Shown: positions 26,699-35,610 of the stretch, piece by piece
Layout of the letters: each line of letters opens with the position of its first letter
Numbering within the stretch: the first letter of the stretch is position 1
From: Patescibacteria group bacterium
Lineage (GTDB): Bacteria > Patescibacteriota > Patescibacteriia > 2-02-FULL-49-11
Reading direction: 5' to 3'
NCBI GenBank assembly: GCA_041645165.1
Contig: JBAZQN010000007.1
Coordinates: 8,318-72,317, forward strand
DNA length: 64,000 nucleotides
The notes under the pieces: model-generated
Databases searched by the model: none
Seen by the model: only the letters and a program-made list of their open reading frames with translations
What the model was told of the DNA's origin: nothing
Position numbers and translations under genes: made by a program

Positions 26699-26792
26699 TA
26701 TTCCCCTATTTCCGCCATAGGCGGACATGCGCGCTCGCCCCGCTCGCCACGTTGCATAACTGTGGCCGAATGGCTGGGGCGAATTAGAGAAG
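26699..26792. repeat. ~95-bp direct repeat, copy 2
   Basis: ctattcccctatttccgccataggcggacatgcgcgctcgccccgctcgccacgttgcataactgtggccgaatggctggggcgaattagagaag. Confidence 0.85.
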
Positions 26793-26829
26793 TATGTGAT
26801 GTATAATTTTCCTATAATCCTTTAAAAAA

Positions 26830-27360
26830 CTATGGTGAGAATCCCGCATCAATGATGCGCTTGGCTTCAGTGAGAAACGCCAGTTCCCGCGCGTGGATGA
26901 ATATGCCAAAATAATTGTCCACTTTCTCACCGCGTATCACATTGATGGCTTCCTCAAGCCCCATCCACTGGATTTCAAGCCCTTTCTCTTTCTCATCCTG
27001 GGTAAGCTGCGGCTCTTGTAGCTCGCCCACCGACCGCGCTATCCAACAATACGAATCCCTCATTTGCCGCGCGCGATCGCGATACTCGATGACGCGCCCC
27101 ACTTCATGGAGCAGAGTGACTTCACAGCCCACTTCCTCGCGCAACTCCCTCTTCAGCGACGCGGCAATTGATTCGCCGTCTTCCACGCCGCCGCCCGGCA
27201 GCTTGTGGTAACCGCGGTTTTTAATGTACACAAGCGCAATCTTTTGCACGGAATTAATCACGACCGCACGCACCGAGAGCTTACGATCATTATATATTCC
27301 ATGCCGCGTATCAGCGTCTTTCAACAAATCACGATCATGAATCTCTTGCAGTAGCTTCAT
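26830..27360 (-). CDS. NUDIX hydrolase
   Basis: Nudix box GGGVEDGESIAASLKRELREEVG. Confidence 0.8.
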   Translation of the reverse strand: MKLLQEIHDRDLLKDADTRHGIYNDRKLSVRAVVINSVQKIALVYIKNRGYHKLPGGGVEDGESIAASLKRELREEVGCEVTLLHEVGRVIEYRDRARQMRDSYCWIARSVGELQEPQLTQDEKEKGLEIQWMGLEEAINVIRGEKVDNYFGIFIHARELAFLTEAKRIIDAGFSP

Positions 27361-27376
27361 GAGGATTATGGCATAT

Positions 27377-27724
27377 TTATAATTTTGTATATTTTGTATT
27401 CTTCCCCTTTGATTTCTCTATGGGATATTTCGCTTCGTTTTTCCTGATTTTTTTCTGCGCGGCGGTGATCAGGTCAATGCCGAGCTTATCGCTCAACATT
27501 AGCAGGTAAACCAGCACATCTGAAAGTTCATCGCTCACTTCGCCCTTCTGGGCATCGAGGTATAGAGCGAGCTCTTCTCCATTTTTCCATTGAAAATGCT
27601 CTAGGACTTCAGCAGCCTCCAACACAAGCGAAATGGCAAGATCTTTGGGATTATGGTACTGATCCCAATCCCGGGCATTGGTAAATGCGCGTATTTTATT
27701 AAGAAGAGTCTCTATTGAGTCCAT
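27377..27724 (-). CDS. MazG-like nucleotide pyrophosphohydrolase (single-domain)
   Basis: 115-aa all-alpha protein with EAAEVLEHFQWK and DELSDVLVYLLMLSDKLGIDL motifs typical of the MazG/dCTPase family. Confidence 0.6.
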   Translation of the reverse strand: MDSIETLLNKIRAFTNARDWDQYHNPKDLAISLVLEAAEVLEHFQWKNGEELALYLDAQKGEVSDELSDVLVYLLMLSDKLGIDLITAAQKKIRKNEAKYPIEKSKGKNTKYTKL

Positions 27725-27831
27725 AAAATTACCATAAAATTACGATATTGACAGTATAATACTCAGCGCCTTTAGTATCAAATGAGTGTTACACGCACAC
27801 AGGATATCACGCGTCGTTTATATGAAAAATT

Positions 27832-28950
27832 TCATGCAAGCACTGCATTACGCGATAAAACATTTACGATGCCGTGATCCGCGTCAACCTCGACCAAATC
27901 TCCCTGTTGCAGTATGGAGGTTGCGTTCTGTGTGCCGACAATGCACGGTTTCTTCAATTCCCGGCAAATAATCGCCGCATGGGTGAGTACGCCGCCAAGA
28001 TCAGTCACTACCGCGATTGCCTGCGTGATGAGGGTGATGTACTCTGGCGTGGTCATAGTGCACACCAACACTTCATTCTCTTTAAATATTCCTTCCTGCA
28101 CGCGCGCTTCAGGCACGATGCGCACGCGGCCTTGCACGACCCCTCCATGCCCTATGTGGCCCTTGAGTGTAGCTTTAACCCCTACGTCAACATGATGGTG
28201 CAGAATCTGGAATTCGCTGTAGAGCGATCCCAACAGCCTATTATAATCAAGAAACCATATCCCGGATTCCTCCACGGTCACGGTTTCAAAATAACCCTGC
28301 AAATAATTATTTGAAAATAAAGCTCCCAATTTCTGTTGCAGCACATCCTGGATATGCCTCTCTTCTACCAAAAGGTGCTTCATGATAGCCAGCAAATGCT
28401 GCTGCGCCTCCTGATCATCTCCGCTTAATGTCCACTCACGCCAATCAAAAGAGAATGTGAGAGGCACCTGTTCAGCGTAAAACCCCTGCGTGAGCTGATA
28501 GTGGCCTCCGCGAATGATTTCTCCGCAAATACCATATGCATTGACGACGAAAATGGTTGACCACAGCGTGGTTTTATGGGAAACAAAATCTGCCCTGTAG
28601 TTCACCGGTTCAATCTGCTGCGCATGGAACCATGCCACGGCCTCTTTTACCGTATGCCCCCGCATGCGCAGCTTAGGCAAAGAAGGGTCAAGGGGAATGA
28701 GCCTTAACGCGCATAGTTCGTCACCCCGCGCGGCAAAGAATTCCTGAAATAGGGCGCTCTGCGAAGCAATATCCATTGCCGAAAATTGCACAGGCCTGTC
28801 AAAGGGAAGCCCGATCACTTCATTGAGCACCTTCATCCGTTCACGCTTTTCATTGTCTTCCTCGCGGAAAGCCCTTGCCTTTTCATGGCCGATTTTCTCC
28901 AGCCATTCCGTCAAAGAAATCTGCGTCTGGTAAAGTTTCGTAATATCCAT
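27832..28950 (-). CDS. PEP-utilizing-enzyme mobile (swivel) domain protein
   Basis: C-terminal VVTDLGGVLTHAAIICRELKKPCIVGTQNA is the phosphohistidine swivel-domain signature. The N-terminal ~250 aa are unassigned. Confidence 0.5.
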   Translation of the reverse strand: MDITKLYQTQISLTEWLEKIGHEKARAFREEDNEKRERMKVLNEVIGLPFDRPVQFSAMDIASQSALFQEFFAARGDELCALRLIPLDPSLPKLRMRGHTVKEAVAWFHAQQIEPVNYRADFVSHKTTLWSTIFVVNAYGICGEIIRGGHYQLTQGFYAEQVPLTFSFDWREWTLSGDDQEAQQHLLAIMKHLLVEERHIQDVLQQKLGALFSNNYLQGYFETVTVEESGIWFLDYNRLLGSLYSEFQILHHHVDVGVKATLKGHIGHGGVVQGRVRIVPEARVQEGIFKENEVLVCTMTTPEYITLITQAIAVVTDLGGVLTHAAIICRELKKPCIVGTQNATSILQQGDLVEVDADHGIVNVLSRNAVLA

Positions 28951-29063
28951 ATAGCCTTATGCCTATCTTCTCTAATTCATTTTACCTCCAATGATAAAGT
29001 CTTGACAAGAAAATATACAGCCGCTATACTTGTGCTACTGTGCTAATACAGTGAAACACTACT

Positions 29064-29348
29064 ATGGAACAACAGCTCTCGACAAAACAGGCCAATGACC
29101 TTTTTGACGCAATATTATCGCTCAAATCAGCCAAAGAATGCAAAGCATTTCTTAGGGATCTCTGCACTCTGTCTGAAATTGAGGCGATGATAGAACGTTT
29201 ACATGTTGCCAAAATGGTTAAAAGTGACATACCATACCGTGAAATTAGCGCTAAAACCGGTTCAAGTACCGCTACCGTCACCCGTGTGGCCCATTGGTTT
29301 CATCATGGGATGGGTGGCTATGGGCTTGTGCTTGACCGCGTGAAATAA
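29064..29348 (+). CDS. YerC/YecD (TrpR-like) family DNA-binding protein
   Basis: LSEIEAMIERLHVAKMV ... ISAKTGSSTATVTRVAHWF matches the Trp-repressor-like YerC/YecD family. A paralog is at 48979-49293. Confidence 0.7.
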   Translation: MEQQLSTKQANDLFDAILSLKSAKECKAFLRDLCTLSEIEAMIERLHVAKMVKSDIPYREISAKTGSSTATVTRVAHWFHHGMGGYGLVLDRVK

Positions 29349-29374
29349 ACTGCATCAAACACTTGCGTCCAGTC

Positions 29375-29408
29375 ACCCGTTTAAAAAACGGGTTTTTTAT
29401 TTTATTCA
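29375..29408 (+). terminator. intrinsic terminator
   Basis: acccgtttaaaaaacgggt hairpin followed by TTTTTTATTTTATT. Confidence 0.55.
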
Positions 29409-29423
29409 CCTAATTTTTGCCTT

Positions 29424-30713
29424 ATGAACAAAATCCAACCAACGATTCTCAAAGGAACCCGCGATGTGCTCCCTCCGCAAATGATACAGCGCAATGCGGT
29501 CATGGAAACCATGCGTAAGACTTTTGAAAGTTTCGGATATGCACCGATTGAAACGCCGATAATTTGCCCTGCGGAGACCATTTTGGGCAAATATGGCGAA
29601 GAAGGAGACCGGCTCACCTATTCATTCAAAGACCGAGGGGGAAGGCTCATCGCGTTGCCATATGATTTGACGGTGCCCTTCGCGCGTTTTTTCGCGGCAA
29701 ATTATCAAAAATTGCCTTTTCCTTTCAAGCGCTACCAAATGCAGCGTGTGTGGAGAGCGGAAAAACCGCAAAAAGGTCGCCTGCGCGAATTTTACCAGTG
29801 CGATATTGACATCATCGGATCAAAAAGCCTGATCTGTGAAGCAGAAATTGTCAAAATTATCGCGGTAGTATTTGAAAAACTGGGAATTCGAAACATCGTG
29901 ATCAAGGCGAACTCAAGACGGCTGATGAATGCAATATTGCAGTCTTATGGCATTGATCAAGACAATGCGGTATCAGTCATTCGCATAATCGACAAAATGA
30001 CAAAAATCGGGAAGGATTCTGTAATATCAGAATTGAAAAAAATGGGGGTAAACGACGCCGAAAAAATAATCAAAACGCTTTCTCCTGAAGATACAAACGC
30101 AAACACGCTGAAAAAACTAGCCGCGTACGACAGCTCCTCTTTGGAAGAATTTTTAGCTTACTGTAATACCCTTGGCGTACCTGAAAAATGCCTCCAAATT
30201 GATCCGACGCTGGCGAGAGGGCTCGATTACTATACTGGGCTTACCTTTGAGGCGGTGAGCGAGAATACGGATTTCGGATCAATATGCGCCGGCGGCCGTT
30301 ATGACGATCTCTGCGGCATTTTCTCTGATAAAAACTTTTCCGGAGTCGGCGTCGCGTTCGGTTTTGAACGGATCATGCTATTGCTCGAACAACTGCGGCT
30401 TTTACCCAACGGCAGCGCACCGTCGCAAGTTCTCGTGACTATTTTTGATAAAAATTCAATCCAAGAAGCGCTGCAGATTTATAACAGGCTCATTGAAGCC
30501 GGCGTCGCGGCGGAAATTTACTTTGAACCTGAAAAGCTGTCAAAACAATTCAAATTCGCGGATAAAAAACAAATTCCGTTTGTGCTTATTCAGGGGCCTG
30601 ATGAGAGGGGAAAAAGTGAAATTACCGTCAAACGAATGCAAAACGGAAAACAGAAAACTTTGCCGGTAAGCCAATTAATTTCCTATCTAGGAAATTTCTA
30701 TGAAACGAAATAA
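29424..30713 (+). CDS. hisS: histidyl-tRNA synthetase-like protein (HisRS motifs plus an anticodon-binding domain) at the head of the his operon; possibly doubles as HisZ
   Basis: Motif 2 WRAEKPQKGRLREFYQCD, motif 3 GGRYDDL, and a C-terminal anticodon-binding-like domain. Its 14-nt overlap with the short-form hisG is the position HisZ normally occupies. Confidence 0.6.
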   Translation: MNKIQPTILKGTRDVLPPQMIQRNAVMETMRKTFESFGYAPIETPIICPAETILGKYGEEGDRLTYSFKDRGGRLIALPYDLTVPFARFFAANYQKLPFPFKRYQMQRVWRAEKPQKGRLREFYQCDIDIIGSKSLICEAEIVKIIAVVFEKLGIRNIVIKANSRRLMNAILQSYGIDQDNAVSVIRIIDKMTKIGKDSVISELKKMGVNDAEKIIKTLSPEDTNANTLKKLAAYDSSSLEEFLAYCNTLGVPEKCLQIDPTLARGLDYYTGLTFEAVSENTDFGSICAGGRYDDLCGIFSDKNFSGVGVAFGFERIMLLLEQLRLLPNGSAPSQVLVTIFDKNSIQEALQIYNRLIEAGVAAEIYFEPEKLSKQFKFADKKQIPFVLIQGPDERGKSEITVKRMQNGKQKTLPVSQLISYLGNFYETK

Positions 30714-31320
30714 TATCAGGATCGCAATTCAGAAAGAAGGGCGGCTTAAAAACCCGAGTCTTGAGTTTCTTGAATCTTTAGGCCTTCAATTTTCCAAAGC
30801 CAGCGGCAGAACGCTTGTCGTGCCCTGCGAGAACGTTGATGTCGAAATTTTGTATGTGCGACACAGCGATATACCGCAGTATCTCCAGAGCGGAGCGGCT
30901 GATTTTGCCGTTGTCGGCGGCAATGTGCTGTATGAAAATAATTTTAACATAAGAGAAATAAAACAACTGGATTTTGGCATATGCAGTTTGGTGATCGCCA
31001 TACCAATCGACTCTCCCATTCAAAAAACACAGGAGCTTGAAGGAGAACGTATCGCAACGTCTTATCCAAACAGCTTGCGCAAATTTTTACAAAAACAAAA
31101 AATCAATGCGTCCATCATTGAAATAACGGGCTCCGTTGAAGTTGCGCCCGCGTTGGGGCTTGCAGATGCGATTTGCGATCTTACACAGACAGGGAATACG
31201 CTCAAAGAAAACGCTCTGAAACCGATAGAAACATTATTTGATTCTATGGCTGTATTCATTGCGTCGCCGTTTGAAAGCAGGCAGAAGAGTGGATTTATCA
31301 ATAAATTTTTAACCCAATAA
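30700..31320 (+). CDS. hisG: ATP phosphoribosyltransferase, short form
   Basis: 206 aa (HisG_S length). MKRNNIRIAIQKEGRL...DLTQTGNTLKENAL. Confidence 0.85.
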   Translation: MKRNNIRIAIQKEGRLKNPSLEFLESLGLQFSKASGRTLVVPCENVDVEILYVRHSDIPQYLQSGAADFAVVGGNVLYENNFNIREIKQLDFGICSLVIAIPIDSPIQKTQELEGERIATSYPNSLRKFLQKQKINASIIEITGSVEVAPALGLADAICDLTQTGNTLKENALKPIETLFDSMAVFIASPFESRQKSGFINKFLTQ

Positions 31321-31322
31321 AT

Positions 31323-31577
31323 ATGATTGAACTAATTGGATACACAGCAGCATTTCTTACGGCATCTGTTATGATACCTCAAATTGCTAGATCAATTCGC
31401 ACGAAAAGCGTTGGAGATATCTCGTTTATGATGTTGGCTTTATACATTACAAATACAGGATTATGGGTAACTTATGGCGTTCTCATAGGGGCTGGACCTG
31501 TTGTCGTAGCAGATAGTTTTGCTTGCTGTGCTGGAATTACACAATTAATTATAAAATTAAAATACAATAAATTATGA
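31323..31577 (+). CDS. SemiSWEET / PQ-loop small membrane transporter
   Basis: 84 aa, three predicted TM helices, PQ motif (MIPQIARSIRTKS) in TM1. It is embedded between hisG and hisD with 2-nt gaps. Confidence 0.55.
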   Translation: MIELIGYTAAFLTASVMIPQIARSIRTKSVGDISFMMLALYITNTGLWVTYGVLIGAGPVVVADSFACCAGITQLIIKLKYNKL

Positions 31578-32860
31578 AAAAATATTACTTCAAGCAACTT
31601 GACGACGTCTTATTAAAAAACCTTTGCGAAAGAAAGGCAATCCGTTTTGATGACGTTTTGCCCGTTGTTAAAAACATACTGGATAAAGTAAAAAATAATG
31701 GCGATGAAGCTGTGGGTGAATTTACGCAAAAATTCGACAAAGTTCACCTTTCGTCTCTCGCCGTAACTCAACAGGAAATTGATCGGGCTTGCAAGCGCAT
31801 TCCGACAAACATTCAAAATGCTTTCGCACAAGCGGCGCGTAATATTGAGAAATTTCACAAATCACAATTGGTTAAACGGATAAAAGTGGAAACAGCAGCG
31901 GGGGTTACCTGTTTTACAGAGACGAGGCCGATTGAAAAAGTCGGATTATACATTCCGGGCGGCACCGCTTCCCTGCCTTCCACAGTGCTCATGCTTGCAA
32001 TTCCTGCAAAGCTGGCGGGATGCGGGGAAATCGTGCTGGTGACCCCGCCCGCTAAAGACGGAAACGTCCCCGATGTTATATTATTCGCCGCCACGCTATG
32101 CGGAATTGCGCGAATCTATAAAATTGGCGGCGCACAAGCTATTGCGGCGCTTGCGTTCGGCACGGAAAGTATACCAAAGGTGTACAAAATTTTCGGTCCT
32201 GGCAATCAGTACGTCACCGCTGCAAAGATGCTTGTTTCCATCGATCCTGAAGGCGCTGCTATTGATATGCCCGCGGGCCCGACGGAGGTGCTGGTGATTG
32301 CCGATGAAAGCGCGCGAGCCGATTTTGTGGCAGGCGATCTTTTGGCGCAAGCGGAGCACGGTGCTGATTCGCAGGCGATACTCATTGCCACTTCCGACAA
32401 GAAAGCTGACGAGGTTTCAGATGAAGCGTATCGGCAACTACAAACCCTGCCGCGAAAAGAGACTGCTCAAAAATCTTTGAAAAACAGCTTCGCCATCATT
32501 GTCAATTCTATGAATGAGGCCCTTGCATTCTCCAACAGATATGCGCCGGAACACCTTATCTTGAATGTGAAAAACGCCTTCAGGTACGTGCCAAAAGTGG
32601 AAAGCGCCGGTTCCGTATTTTTAGGTCCGTACTCCTGTGAATCAGCCGGGGATTATGCAAGCGGTGCCAATCACACGTTGCCGACGTATGCGCGAGCCCG
32701 CGCCTCCGGAGGCGTCTCGGTAAGTAGTTTTCAAAAACAAATAACCTTTCAAAAAGTGACGAAGCAAGGCGCGAAAAATATAAACCCTCTCGTGTCCACC
32801 ATGGCCGGTCAAGAATCGCTTGAGGGGCACAAAAGAGCCATGCAATTGCGTTTAGAATGA
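31574..32860 (+). CDS. hisD: histidinol dehydrogenase
   Basis: 428 aa. The HisD length plus motifs IGGAQAIAALAFGTESIPKVYKIFGPGNQYV and EHGADSQ. Confidence 0.9.
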   Translation: MKKYYFKQLDDVLLKNLCERKAIRFDDVLPVVKNILDKVKNNGDEAVGEFTQKFDKVHLSSLAVTQQEIDRACKRIPTNIQNAFAQAARNIEKFHKSQLVKRIKVETAAGVTCFTETRPIEKVGLYIPGGTASLPSTVLMLAIPAKLAGCGEIVLVTPPAKDGNVPDVILFAATLCGIARIYKIGGAQAIAALAFGTESIPKVYKIFGPGNQYVTAAKMLVSIDPEGAAIDMPAGPTEVLVIADESARADFVAGDLLAQAEHGADSQAILIATSDKKADEVSDEAYRQLQTLPRKETAQKSLKNSFAIIVNSMNEALAFSNRYAPEHLILNVKNAFRYVPKVESAGSVFLGPYSCESAGDYASGANHTLPTYARARASGGVSVSSFQKQITFQKVTKQGAKNINPLVSTMAGQESLEGHKRAMQLRLE

Positions 32861-32870
32861 CTGTTATAAT

Positions 32871-34436
32871 ATGAGGAATCTCGCACTGGATAGAATCCGA
32901 AAGATGAAACCGTATATACCACCATTAGACGGCCGATTTATGTATGGTGGAATGCTGCTGGATTTCAGTGAGAACACATTATCATCCCGAAGTAAGGTCG
33001 CTCAAGCACTGAATAAATTTGTGAAGGAGAGAAAACTGCATATCTATCCCGAGTATTATAATTTGGAAGAAATAATCGCAAACTACGCGGGAGTGAATGC
33101 AAATCAGATAATGATCACCAACGGTTCCGACCAAGGAATTGACGTTATCTTTCGCACATTCACCGATAAGGGGAGCAAGGTCATCATTCCGCGCCCCAGC
33201 TTCGCCATGTTTTACCAATGCGCCCAAGTGGTCGGTAATGAAGTGGTGCGCCCCGCATATCGAGAGGAAGATCTTTCATTTCCGTTGGATGAAGTGCTTA
33301 ATTCGATTGATGACGAGGTAAGGCTCGTGGTGGTGTGCAATCCCAACAATCCTACGGGTACCGCCGTATCCGTTGCCGACATTGCAAAAATCGCACGTAA
33401 GGCGAAGGAGGCGATCATTTACGTCGATGAGGCATATTTTGAATTTTCAAAGATCACCGCTCTGCCACTCATTAATAGATTTCCTAACATCGTCATCACG
33501 AGGACTTTTTCGAAAGCATTCGGTCTCGCCTCCATGAGAATCGGCTACGTCATTGCAAGAAAAGAATATATATCCGAAATGCTGAAAGTGCGCGGTCCTT
33601 TTGATATCAATATGGCCGCGTACTATACCGCCAGTGCCGCACTTGAGGAGAAACAAAATATGCAACGTTACGTTGATGAAGTCATGCAGCGCGCAAAACC
33701 GTTTGTGGAAAAATTCTTTTCCCAAAATGCCATACCATATTTCTCCTCTTGTGCAAATTTTATTCTGTTTCGTCCAGACAATCCCGCCCGCGTCATGACA
33801 CAACTTCGTAGGGGCGGTGCGCTGGTGAGACCGCAAACTCAAAAAGGGGTGGAAAACACTTTACGGGTAAGCATTGGCACCGCTGATCAAATGCAGAAAT
33901 TCGTGGAGATTTATAAAAAATTCGTTCTGAGCAACTCTCAACAAAAATATGCATTTCTTGATCGTGACGGCACACTGATATATGAACCACAAACCACGTA
34001 TCAAATCGACAGTGTAAGGAAACTAAAAATCCTTGACGGCGCGATAAAAGGACTGCAAGAACTGCAAAAAAGGGGTTATTCATTAATAATGATTTCCAAC
34101 CAGGACGGCTTGGGCACCTCGTCATTCCCTCGTAAGAATTTTAAAGCTCCACAAGAGAAGATGCTGAATATTTTCCGCAAAAAGGGAATAACTTTTGAAC
34201 GGATATTCATCTGCCCTCACCTGCCGCATGAGGCGTGTACTTGCCGGAAACCAAAAATGGGACTGGTGGATGCGTATTTGAGGAACTCAAATTTTGATAA
34301 AAACCTGTCATTGGTGTGCGGAGACAGAAAAAGCGACCGGCAGTTCGCAAAAAATATCGGCCTTACATTCGTCTTTATGGAGACGAACGGCAATTTTTAC
34401 GAAGCAATTAAATCAGTGCTAACCGAATCTCTATGA
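32871..34436 (+). CDS. hisC: histidinol-phosphate aminotransferase fused to a HAD-type histidinol-phosphatase domain (HisC-HisN/HisB-N fusion)
   Basis: The N-terminal ~350 aa are a class-II aminotransferase (TRTFSKAFGLASMRIGY). The C-terminal ~165 aa have HAD motifs FLDRDGTL, ISNQDG and GDRKSD, as in the HisB N-terminal phosphatase. Confidence 0.75.
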   Translation: MRNLALDRIRKMKPYIPPLDGRFMYGGMLLDFSENTLSSRSKVAQALNKFVKERKLHIYPEYYNLEEIIANYAGVNANQIMITNGSDQGIDVIFRTFTDKGSKVIIPRPSFAMFYQCAQVVGNEVVRPAYREEDLSFPLDEVLNSIDDEVRLVVVCNPNNPTGTAVSVADIAKIARKAKEAIIYVDEAYFEFSKITALPLINRFPNIVITRTFSKAFGLASMRIGYVIARKEYISEMLKVRGPFDINMAAYYTASAALEEKQNMQRYVDEVMQRAKPFVEKFFSQNAIPYFSSCANFILFRPDNPARVMTQLRRGGALVRPQTQKGVENTLRVSIGTADQMQKFVEIYKKFVLSNSQQKYAFLDRDGTLIYEPQTTYQIDSVRKLKILDGAIKGLQELQKRGYSLIMISNQDGLGTSSFPRKNFKAPQEKMLNIFRKKGITFERIFICPHLPHEACTCRKPKMGLVDAYLRNSNFDKNLSLVCGDRKSDRQFAKNIGLTFVFMETNGNFYEAIKSVLTESL

Positions 34437-35023
34437 AATCAAGAACGGCAACAATCAGGCGCAAGACGATGGAAACGGATATAACTGTAAATGTGAATCT
34501 CGACGGTACGGGCAAATACCGGGTGGATACCGGCATCGGCTTCCTGAATCACATGCTGGAGCTTTTTTCCAAGCATTCATTGATAGATCTCACCCTGAAA
34601 GCGAAAGGCGATGCGAAGGTGGATGAACACCACACTATTGAGGACGTCGGCATCTGTCTCGGCAAGGCGCTGCGCAAGGCTTTAGGGGATAAGAAAGGCA
34701 TTGAGCGGTATGGATTTCTGCTGCCGATGGACGAAGCTCTGACCGAAGCCGCAATTGATTTGGGCGGAAGGCCTTATCTTGTGTGGAACGTTTCTTTTAA
34801 GCGGGAAATGATCGGAGACATGCCGACAGAGCTTTTCGAGGATTTCTTCAAGGCAGTGGCCGATAACCTTCAAGCGAATATCCACCTCAATGTAAAATAC
34901 GGCAGGAATGAACACCACATCGCGGAAAGCGTCTTTAAGGCGCTCGCAAGATGCTTGAGGTCTGCAGTGAGCCGCCAAACTCGCACGAAAAAACTATTAC
35001 CCTCTACCAAAGGAAAACTATGA
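34433..35023 (+). CDS. hisB: imidazoleglycerol-phosphate dehydratase
   Basis: 196 aa with the IGPD conserved His/Glu clusters (DEHHTIED, HHIAES). Confidence 0.85.
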   Translation: MKSRTATIRRKTMETDITVNVNLDGTGKYRVDTGIGFLNHMLELFSKHSLIDLTLKAKGDAKVDEHHTIEDVGICLGKALRKALGDKKGIERYGFLLPMDEALTEAAIDLGGRPYLVWNVSFKREMIGDMPTELFEDFFKAVADNLQANIHLNVKYGRNEHHIAESVFKALARCLRSAVSRQTRTKKLLPSTKGKL

Positions 35024-35610
35024 TTGCCATAATCAATTACAAGGCCGGCAATGTCGCGTCAGTGAAAAATGCGCTGGAACGGCTGGGGAGCGCGTGCACC
35101 GTCACATCCGATCCGGAGGAAATTCTATCCGCTGATGGCGTGATTTTCCCTGGCCAAGGCAGGGCAGGCGCCGCTCTGTCAGAACTGCAAAAGGCACGCA
35201 TTGATACCGTTATCCCTCGAATCACCAAGCCGTTTTTAGGCATTTGTTTAGGGATGCAGCTCCTTGGACGCTTTTCCGAAGAAGATAACACAAAATGTCT
35301 CGAGGTGTTTCAGGGTATAAGTCGCAAGTTTCCGCCGACGCTCAAAACCCCGCACCTCGGCTGGAATAAAGCAGAACTCACGAAAAAATCCCCCCTCACG
35401 GCGGGTATCACGAACGGATCGTACTTTTATTTCGTGCACTCATATTACATGGATGCTACGGAGGATCAAACGGCGGGGACAACGAGTTATGGTTTTGATT
35501 TCACTTCAATCATGCAAAAAGACAACTTTTTTGCCGTCCAGTTCCACCCAGAAAAATCCGGCGCGCAGGGCTTGCGATTGCTTACTAATTTTTACGAATT
35601 ATGCTTGTAA
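35020..35610 (+). CDS. hisH: imidazole glycerol phosphate synthase, glutamine amidotransferase subunit
   Basis: MIAIINYKAGN start and GICLGMQLL nucleophile-Cys context. It overlaps the hisB stop (ATGA). Confidence 0.8.
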   Translation: MIAIINYKAGNVASVKNALERLGSACTVTSDPEEILSADGVIFPGQGRAGAALSELQKARIDTVIPRITKPFLGICLGMQLLGRFSEEDNTKCLEVFQGISRKFPPTLKTPHLGWNKAELTKKSPLTAGITNGSYFYFVHSYYMDATEDQTAGTTSYGFDFTSIMQKDNFFAVQFHPEKSGAQGLRLLTNFYELCL

